A stretch of 59,691 nucleotides of DNA, filler included, from Barthelona sp. PAP020 (Eukaryota): assembly GCA_040182905.1 (NCBI GenBank). It is 7 parts of 7 records of this genome, joined end to end, with 100 filler letters (N's around TTAATTAATTAA, not from the genome) between each part and the next. Parts side by side here need not be neighbours in the genome. Positions count along the whole stretch, not along the records: positions 51,284 to 59,691 come from JARQWU010000460.1; 6 more parts are not named here. One strand, 5' to 3'. The position numbers and the translations under genes are program-made. The notes beneath the pieces are model-generated. The model saw only the letters and a list, made by a program, of their open reading frames with translations. It was not told the origin of the DNA and did no database searches. This document shows positions 51,955-59,691 of this stretch, piece by piece. How positions within the stretch are numbered: position 1 is the first letter of the stretch; each line of letters begins with the position of its first letter.

Positions 51955-52340
51955 ATGAATAAATTAAAAAAAAAAAATCAACAGAAACTTTTTTGTTAAT
52001 CAACCAAATTAATAGAAACATTTAAAAAACAAAATTATTGAAAAAATTAACAAAAAAAAAAAAAAAAATGAAAATTATGAACGTTTGTTCCAAAAATTCA
52101 ATGAAAAAATTGAAACAAAAATACACAAAAACAGTGCAATTGGAAAGAAAAAATACAAAACATTTCAATTTTTCAAATCAAGAGAAAATAACAGGAAAGA
52201 AATAACAAACAAACAAAAATGTTAAATATAATCATTAATATCTCACATTATAAAAGAGATCGTAGCTTTTTCAACAAATATACATCCCAAAAAAAAAAAA
52301 AATCAAATGAAAAAATACTTTTTTTTCATATTGATTCAAG

Positions 52341-53843
52341 ATGTCTTTTACCAGTGATGATGTGAATTTATTAATATTTAACTACTTATGTGAATCAGGG
52401 ATGGAACATTCAGCTTTTTCCTTCTTTCATGAATCATTATTGAATGAAAGTGATTTAATGGATACTCGAGTCATGCCTGGGCAATTAATTACTCATTTGC
52501 AAAAAGGGTTATTATACAGTGATCTTGAAGAACATTTGCAAGAAGTATGTTGTTTCTTTTCAATTAAGCTAATTTTTTAGGATGGTTCTTTGAACGAATG
52601 TTCATCAGTATTTAATTTAATACATCCACATGTGTGTAAGCCTCAAACGACTAAAATTCCTTTGTTATTGGATGGTCATCTAAGAAAATTGGATTTTATC
52701 AAAAGAAAACATGTCTTTTATACTTTATTTTCATCAAAATTTCCTTACTTGGCTTGTTTTACTGAATCTTGTGTTGTTGTACATCATTTAAATCTTGTAA
52801 ATGGAGGATTTCCTAGTGGAACTGAACCTAGAATTAGTATCGACGAAAAAGCTGTTGATTTATCTAGAATTCTTGCGAAATATGAAGAAAAAGATATCGT
52901 TGCCAATACTCAAGTTACTTGCATGTGTTGGCACCCTTCAAATGCTAACTTGACAGTTGGAACCAAAAGTGGACATATCGTTTCATTATTTGTTGATGAC
53001 TCCAGTATTCCCAAGATTTCTGATACCAACATGTCCAAAATTCTTCGTATGCGTTGGCATGATAGTGCTGAATTTTTATTATGTTTAGCAAAAGATGGAA
53101 AAGTTACTGTTTTTACACATGATTTGACATTACAGCAATCATGGCAAGCTTTCGATTTTCCTGCTTTTCAGTGTCGTTGGAATCCATTAAATAGAACTCA
53201 ATTTACAGTATCTTCAAAAAATTCACAGGATTTGTTAATCTTTACATTGGGTGAAGAAGAACCTCAAAGAATCACTTGTCCTTGGAATGTTGATCAATTT
53301 TCTTATTCTTTAACGGCTGAATATTTAGCTATTTCTGGTAATGGTATTGTACAAATTTATTCTTTCAAAGAACAAAGAGTTATTAGAGAAACAATGTTAG
53401 GAACAACTCCCCTCGACTTAATATGGTATTTGGGTGTTAATGAAGTGGAGTATGTGTTGACAGGACCCCACGAAAATTTTGCCATATTAAAGATACCAGC
53501 AACTCCTTCATCACCTAATGATGAACCTGAACCACTGATCACCACTTCAGCTTCTGGTGAAATGACTGCCATCGCTATTTCTCCTGGCCATAAATATTTG
53601 GCTTTTGGTTATAGGTCAAGGTGGTTATTCTTTTTCAATTTGTTGACAGGTAAAATTGTGATGAGAACATATTTGAACTCATCCATCGACCACATACATT
53701 GGAAAACAGATGAAATTTTTGCTGTCACTTCAAATGAAACAAATCGTTCTTCTTTCGTTTGGTTGGGTCATATTGATGAATTGATTCCATTGACTGCTGG
53801 AGATTCTGAAAATTTTGAAAATTCTGTGCCCATGATACAATGA
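52341..53843 (+). CDS. TBL1: LisH + WD40 protein (TBL1/Sif2/HOS15-like); exons 52341-52544 and 52581-53843
   Basis: MSFTSDDVNLLIFNYLCESGMEHSAFSF...PGQLITHLQKGLLY is the TBL1 LisH region; WD40-like repeats follow a 36-nt intron. Confidence 0.88.
52545..52580 (+). other. Spliceosomal intron, 36 nt
   Basis: GTATGT...GCTAATTTTTTAG; the terminal TAG is an in-frame stop; removal fuses the LisH and WD40 ORFs in frame. Confidence 0.88.
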
Positions 53844-53892
53844 TTCTTCAACAAACATAAATAGAACTTCTTTTTATTATTTTTTTTCTTGT

Positions 53893-53976
53893 TGTACGAA
53901 CCTTTTCCAGAACTTTCCAAATTGGAGACTGGAGATCTCAGTTGATTAATAATTAATAAATCATAATCAATATTCT
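53893..53976 (-). repeat. Dispersed repeat family A, copy 2
   Basis: Reverse complement of 8597-8682 with scattered substitutions. Confidence 0.85.
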
Positions 53977-54739
53977 TTTCGGGGGGGGGGGTTCAGCGTT
54001 TCTAAAAGGAACCTGCCTTTTTTTTAGACCTACTGTTTCATAGGCTGGCTAATGCCCTATACTTGATGTGAAATGTTGTGTCGCAAATTACTTAAAAGAG
54101 TTTTGAGCCCTGATATATTTTTAATTTATTTAAATTGTGTAAGTCTTCTTGCATTCACCATGGCAGGTCAAAGGTTTGAGAGTAGGTTAAGGATAAGTTC
54201 CGTGCCTTGGGAAAAAAATAAAATGTAAAGATTTCACAAACATTTTCAAAAAGAAGACATGTATAGCCCACACATAGGACAGTAGTTAAGATACAAGCAT
54301 TACTCGGAGTGTTCAAATAAGCCCTCAAACATGGATATGACGTCAACAAGAACAATTCTTTACTTCAGAAATCCTGAATTTAATCCTTTAGGTCGCATTC
54401 TTTTTTTTAGCCGTCGAACATCCCAAAATCTTCGTCATCGAATAACTTCTAACTATACCAAACCCAACGTAATGGGTTAACACAAAAATAAAAGTCTTTT
54501 AAATTTATGAAAAGGAAAAATCGGAAAATTTTCTATTGAACAAAGATAATGAATCATCCTATTTTTTTTTCATTTACATTCATCGTCCATTCATTTTTGA
54601 TTGCACAAAAATTTAATCGGAAATCATTGTCAAAACTATCAAATGGAAAAGAAGAATGATAACAATCTTTTTTTCCCTTGATTCCCTTGGATTTGATTGA
54701 TAATAAAAAATATCTTTAACCGTTTAATCAGCTTAAAAT

Positions 54740-56620
54740 ATGCTCAAAGAAAAAAACCACATTGTTGGAGAAGTACCTTGTGAAAAAGATGCATCATATC
54801 TAATTGGTGAAAGACCAACTCCATTCATTAGTTTAAAAATATCTGCTCAATTCAAACCGAATCTCCCTTGTTTAGGCTCAAGATTAGTTAATAATGCTGA
54901 AAATCAAGTGTTTGGTCAATATTCTTGGAGGACCTATCATGAAACTTTTCTTGATATTTGCAGAATCTCTCATTCGATTGAACAATTTGGTTTGGAAAAA
55001 GGTGATCGAGTTGGAATTTTATCAAAAAATTGCGCTCAATGGTTTATGATAGATTATGCCTTAAACAGATTGGGAGTTATTGTTGTTCCTATTTACACCA
55101 ATATTAATTATGATTCTATCAAGTACATTGTTGAAAACTCAAGCTTAAATGCGTTGTTTGTTCACTTTGATAAGCTTAATGAGGCAAACAAATTAAAAGA
55201 TGAAATTACTGATTTAAAACATGTATTCCTTATTGATAATGAAGTTTCAATTCAAAATTATGATATTCCTGAATTTGTTGATTGTACCGTAACTGAACTT
55301 TTAGAATCTTGTACTTTGGATGAAACTGCTTTGATGAATTTGGAAGTTCATTCAGGAATGGATGATATTTTTTCCTTGATTTATACATCTGGGACGTCTG
55401 CTCAGCCCAAAGGATGTGTTTTAACAAATAAAAATGTTATATCAGGTATGCTTCAATGGAATAGACATTTTTTGGGACCTATTCCTTCATTTAATCAAAC
55501 TTTTAAGGCATTACCTGATGAACTTGAAAGAGATGTATACTATTCATATTTACCTTTGGCTCATGTTTACGAAAGAAACGTTTTATTAATGATGGTGTTA
55601 CATTGTGTGGCAATCGGATTCAATTCTGGGTCAATTCTGAGATTACAAAGTGATATGCAGGTTCTAAAACCTACTTGGATTTGTGCTGTTCCCAGAGTTT
55701 TAGAAAAATTTAAGAATGCAGTGGAAAACAATGTGAATTCTGGGAATTTTTTCAAAAAGGTTTTATATCGTAGGGCTGTTGATGCAAAAAGGAACTCTAT
55801 TCTTAATGGTGGTTCTACACCTATTTGGGATCATTTGATTTTCAGTAAAATAAGAGAAGCATTTGGTGGAAGACTAAGAGTATGTTTCTCAGGTAGTGCT
55901 TCTTTGAATTACGATACTTACTTATTTAGTAGAGGTGTTTTGGGATTAGAATTATGTGAAGGTTATGGTTCGAGTGAAACTGCTGCTTCTATTTCCGTTC
56001 AACCGTTACATTCCAATGAAATGATGAATGTTGGACAATTGTTAGAGGGATTAGAATATAAATTATTGGAGGTTGAAGAATTTGGGTTTTCTCCCAATGA
56101 TGAACCCAATCCTAGAGGTGAACTTTTAATTAGAGGACCACAGGTGTTTAAAGGATATTGGAATGATCAAAAAGCTACTGATAATGCTTTAAAAGATGGA
56201 TGGTTGCATACTTCTGATATCGTAGAAATATTGCCCAATAAGATGGTTAAAATTATTGATCGTGTTAGTGGTGTCATTAAAATGCCACAAGGAGAGTTCG
56301 TTCACCCTGAGGCTTTGGAGGGTATTTATAAAGAAGCCGAAATTATTGATGATATCTGGATTATAACTGGATCGTCAAAATTACTAGCTTTTGTGTGGTT
56401 GAATACTCAAGTAAATGAGAGCGAAGTTCTGAATGAGTTGGAAAGAATTTGGGAAGAGCAACAACTAAAAACATATGAAAGAATTTTTGGCTTACGTATA
56501 ATGGAACACCAACTTTCAACTGATAATGGTGAATTAACGGCTACTTTCAAGAAACGCAGACGTATTTTGGAGTTCATTTATGAAGCAGAAATAGATGAAT
56601 TGAAAAAAAAAATCCTGTAA
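54740..56620 (+). CDS. ACSL: Long-chain acyl-CoA synthetase
   Basis: IYTSGTSAQPKG, SYLPLAHVYER, EGYGSSE, RGELLIRGPQVFKGY, GWLHTSD, IIDR. Confidence 0.95.
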   Translation: MLKEKNHIVGEVPCEKDASYLIGERPTPFISLKISAQFKPNLPCLGSRLVNNAENQVFGQYSWRTYHETFLDICRISHSIEQFGLEKGDRVGILSKNCAQWFMIDYALNRLGVIVVPIYTNINYDSIKYIVENSSLNALFVHFDKLNEANKLKDEITDLKHVFLIDNEVSIQNYDIPEFVDCTVTELLESCTLDETALMNLEVHSGMDDIFSLIYTSGTSAQPKGCVLTNKNVISGMLQWNRHFLGPIPSFNQTFKALPDELERDVYYSYLPLAHVYERNVLLMMVLHCVAIGFNSGSILRLQSDMQVLKPTWICAVPRVLEKFKNAVENNVNSGNFFKKVLYRRAVDAKRNSILNGGSTPIWDHLIFSKIREAFGGRLRVCFSGSASLNYDTYLFSRGVLGLELCEGYGSSETAASISVQPLHSNEMMNVGQLLEGLEYKLLEVEEFGFSPNDEPNPRGELLIRGPQVFKGYWNDQKATDNALKDGWLHTSDIVEILPNKMVKIIDRVSGVIKMPQGEFVHPEALEGIYKEAEIIDDIWIITGSSKLLAFVWLNTQVNESEVLNELERIWEEQQLKTYERIFGLRIMEHQLSTDNGELTATFKKRRRILEFIYEAEIDELKKKIL

Positions 56621-56674
56621 CAAAAATAGAAAATTAAATATTTACAAATTTTTTTTTTCACTTTTTTGATAAAA

Positions 56675-59563
56675 TTAATCATCCTCATCATCATTATTAT
56701 CAAAATCACCATTAAATTCAAATAAATTGCCTCCATTATTCATGTTAATATCAACAAGATCCCAAACAAAATTGATGATTTGATTATATTCAAATTCATT
56801 AATAACATATCCACTAGCAATAACTTTACGAATAAACCCTTCACTAAATGCAGGATGAACAAAAAAGTTCTTGAATTGGTGAATATTTTTGAAAAAAAAA
56901 TCAGAATTATTTGAAACAGCGATAAAATTCTCAATTTGACTAAAAATGTCATGAATGTAATATTTTTTCATGAAACATTTACTCTCCTCCAATTTGCTTG
57001 AACCACCAAATGAATACAACACGTCAGAAATTTTGTCATCCATATCAATAATTTTTGAATTTTTTCTCAAAGGAATAGGTTTGTACCAAAAGCTTTCATC
57101 ATTACCAACACGAATAGTCTTTTCAACAATGCCTCTTTCTATATCGACAAAATAAAAACCAAACCCATCCAAAGGTATCATCATAGCACATGTATTGTTC
57201 AACCAAATAACATCAGTGATGTCACTGAACGAAATGACAAACTTTGGCTTTGATGCTTCATTAATATCCCAAAAAACAATCTTTGATTGGTGAACAATGC
57301 AAATTACAGAACTATTTTTATTCAGAGACAAATTTTGAAAGGAAGAAATATCTGGTTGCAACCAACGATATGTATTTTTCAATTCAAAACCAGCAAAATC
57401 TTCAGATAATGAATAATAAGCAACAACTCCATTGTCTGTGGTGATAAACAACATATTTTCTTCCTGATTGAAACAAAAATAGTCAACAAAGCAACAATCT
57501 TCAACATCCGAACAAACATCAATCTGTAATATACAAATATACACATTATTGTCAAACCTAAACACCTGGAAGTATCGTTGATCACCGACATAAATAATTC
57601 CTGATTTGATTTTTGAAAACATTGAGAAACCAATACAATTAAAAGAAGCAAAGTCGATTTTGCAAAAAGGATCATTCCATTTACCAACTTCAAAAATATG
57701 GAGTTGATTCAAATAATTAATACAAAAGTATTTCAAATCATTACTAACTTCTATTAAGTTCACATCACTTTCATCATCATCAAAGTCAATCAAACAATTG
57801 CTTTCAAAAACAATCTTTTTTTCAACTTCATCAAAAACTACCAAACGTTTATCGCCAAAACAATCTTCATCAGAATCATTTTCAAAATTTGGTTTTTCAA
57901 CAAGTAAAAAATGATAAGGACCACAACAACTTGCATCAAAAATGTGATAAACAGAAGAAAATTCAAACACAGTAATTGGATCCGATAAACTGTTCTTTGT
58001 GTTGATCAATTCTTTAAAATCTTGTGATTCAATCATATTATCAAAATATTCATGTATTTCATTAAAAAAAGTCAAATTTTTGTCATCCACAAAATTGTTC
58101 AGTTTGTTCAAACTATTTACTTGAGCAGAATTTTTTCTTATTAAATAGCTTTTCAAATCTTCACTGAACAATTTATGAATGTCATTTGTTATGTATCTTT
58201 CATTTTCAATAAAAAAATAAGGAAAAGACACCAAATATGAATACAAATCGGAAAAAAGCACCAATCCCATCTGATCAAGCATTGCTGTTGTATGAAAATC
58301 TTTTGAAAATATAAATTTATCAATGTTCAAACCAAACCAACCAATTAAATGACTTTTTTGTGTTTCAATATTAATTAAATAGACTCTTGAATCATTAAAT
58401 AGAAGGATAGGAATATTGTCAATCAAATAAAATATTGCCCAATTACAATCTACACATACTGGAATACGACTTAGATAATCAACATTTTCATCAAAAATAT
58501 GAACGTAACCATCATTGCTAAACACAAGAATTCGATTGTTTGTCAAAATACTGTCTCCCAATTCAAAATATTCATCTTCTGAATTTGTATCTTCATCAAA
58601 TTCAAAAAGTTTCAGTAGATTTAAATCAATATCAAATTTCTGAATAGAATTCCTGGTGAAAGCATAAAAAAAATTATTGTTCCCCAATATTTTTGTAATA
58701 TCTCCAAAATTTTCAATTTCAATTTCTCGTTTTTCTTTGTTATCAATGTCATATTTCAATAAAAGTTCCTCAACACCTCCAATAACACAACGCTCATTTT
58801 CAACAATTTCAAAAACTACTTTACGGCGATGCCTCTTCCTGAATGATATGCCATCAACACATTCAAATTCCCATTTAGCAGGGTCCATTCCCAATATTAA
58901 ACAAGAAATATCAATAAAAATAAGATCTTCTGTTCCTCCATTAATGCATAAAAAATTGAACCTTTCTAAAAACTTTAAACAAGTTGAAGTACAATTAAAA
59001 GCGGAGAATTTAAAAGAATAAACTTTTTCAAATGTTGCTACATTCAAAACATTCAAATAATTCCTATTTGAACCTATAAAATATTCATCATTTTTCAAAA
59101 AAATTCCTGAACTGAAAAAAGTGGACGTATTCAACGCAAAACAATCGAAAACTCTTCTTCTCTTTATCTCATCAATTTCAAATGGCAAATATTTTTCAAT
59201 TAAATCTTCTTTTGTCTGAGTCTTCAGATAATGACAAATACCACAACAAAACATTTCTTTACCAAGATAACTATCTAAAACATCATAATTTTCTGTATCA
59301 ATTAAATTCTTATACGTTCGAAAACCAAATAAAGATGTTTGAGGAATGGAGCTCATTATAATGTCCTCATATTTGAACAAAAATTTATCAAAATTATCAT
59401 CAACATTATCTCCAGACATATCTGATGAAATAACGCTACTTTCAGAGAAAAAATCATTGTTGGAATCAGAATCAGATTCACTACTGGAACAACTAAAAAG
59501 GCCTTGAACATTCTCTTCAAGGTTTTCTTGTAAAAATCTGTTACTGGAAGAATCAGACATCAT
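56675..59563 (-). CDS. Hypothetical beta-propeller-like protein with acidic N-terminus
   Basis: Likely ATG at 59563 (MMSDSSSN); many short beta-strand repeats ending in FD/WD; no firm family assignment. Confidence 0.65.
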   Translation of the reverse strand: MMSDSSSNRFLQENLEENVQGLFSCSSSESDSDSNNDFFSESSVISSDMSGDNVDDNFDKFLFKYEDIIMSSIPQTSLFGFRTYKNLIDTENYDVLDSYLGKEMFCCGICHYLKTQTKEDLIEKYLPFEIDEIKRRRVFDCFALNTSTFFSSGIFLKNDEYFIGSNRNYLNVLNVATFEKVYSFKFSAFNCTSTCLKFLERFNFLCINGGTEDLIFIDISCLILGMDPAKWEFECVDGISFRKRHRRKVVFEIVENERCVIGGVEELLLKYDIDNKEKREIEIENFGDITKILGNNNFFYAFTRNSIQKFDIDLNLLKLFEFDEDTNSEDEYFELGDSILTNNRILVFSNDGYVHIFDENVDYLSRIPVCVDCNWAIFYLIDNIPILLFNDSRVYLINIETQKSHLIGWFGLNIDKFIFSKDFHTTAMLDQMGLVLFSDLYSYLVSFPYFFIENERYITNDIHKLFSEDLKSYLIRKNSAQVNSLNKLNNFVDDKNLTFFNEIHEYFDNMIESQDFKELINTKNSLSDPITVFEFSSVYHIFDASCCGPYHFLLVEKPNFENDSDEDCFGDKRLVVFDEVEKKIVFESNCLIDFDDDESDVNLIEVSNDLKYFCINYLNQLHIFEVGKWNDPFCKIDFASFNCIGFSMFSKIKSGIIYVGDQRYFQVFRFDNNVYICILQIDVCSDVEDCCFVDYFCFNQEENMLFITTDNGVVAYYSLSEDFAGFELKNTYRWLQPDISSFQNLSLNKNSSVICIVHQSKIVFWDINEASKPKFVISFSDITDVIWLNNTCAMMIPLDGFGFYFVDIERGIVEKTIRVGNDESFWYKPIPLRKNSKIIDMDDKISDVLYSFGGSSKLEESKCFMKKYYIHDIFSQIENFIAVSNNSDFFFKNIHQFKNFFVHPAFSEGFIRKVIASGYVINEFEYNQIINFVWDLVDINMNNGGNLFEFNGDFDNNDDEDD

Positions 59564-59691
59564 CCAAAGAAAAAAAAATAAAAATAAAAATATGAAATAA
59601 GACTTTATTGAACTTTTCCGTAAAGAGACTCCATAAAACATCCCAATTGAGTGACGACAGCAAACACTCAAAACTGATATCAACTGGTTGG

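Noticed and set aside
1..59691. Alternative genetic code in the protist
   Set aside because: Conserved genes read through full length in the standard code and end at TAA or TGA; the only internal stops are explained by introns.

Overview
The window is not one continuous locus. It holds seven contigs joined by six 100-bp N/TTAATTAATTAA/N linkers. Segment lengths fall monotonically (8496, 8478, 8445, 8427, 8422, 8415, 8408 bp), so they were sorted by size and neighbours are unrelated. Six contigs come from a very AT-rich, gene-dense, intron-poor flagellated protist. They encode a Y-family polymerase, ATG12, RPS8, calcineurin A, a SWIB protein, a divergent actin, RFT1, a class III cyclase, a Myt1/Wee1 kinase, IFT144, RSL1D1, phospholipase B, PPAT, a Mad3-like protein, DnaJ, TMBIM, TBL1 and ACSL. 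Contig 3 (17175-25619) is bacterial, probably Bacteroidota. It carries one tightly coupled six-gene operon: an AbiEi/AbiEii type IV toxin-antitoxin pair followed directly by a Wadjet/MksBEFG-like SMC + Toprim-nuclease module. The operon is bracketed by nested elements: a covarying hairpin at each end, a perfect 19-bp inverted repeat, and attC-like core sites. No recombinase is encoded, so it looks like a non-autonomous defence cassette and is the best candidate for an undescribed system. Eukaryotic highlights are an ATG12 without the C-terminal Gly, two introns of exactly 36 nt with the branch point next to the 3' AG, a divergent actin, and two dispersed repeat families. All family calls come from motif recognition by eye, not from database searches.
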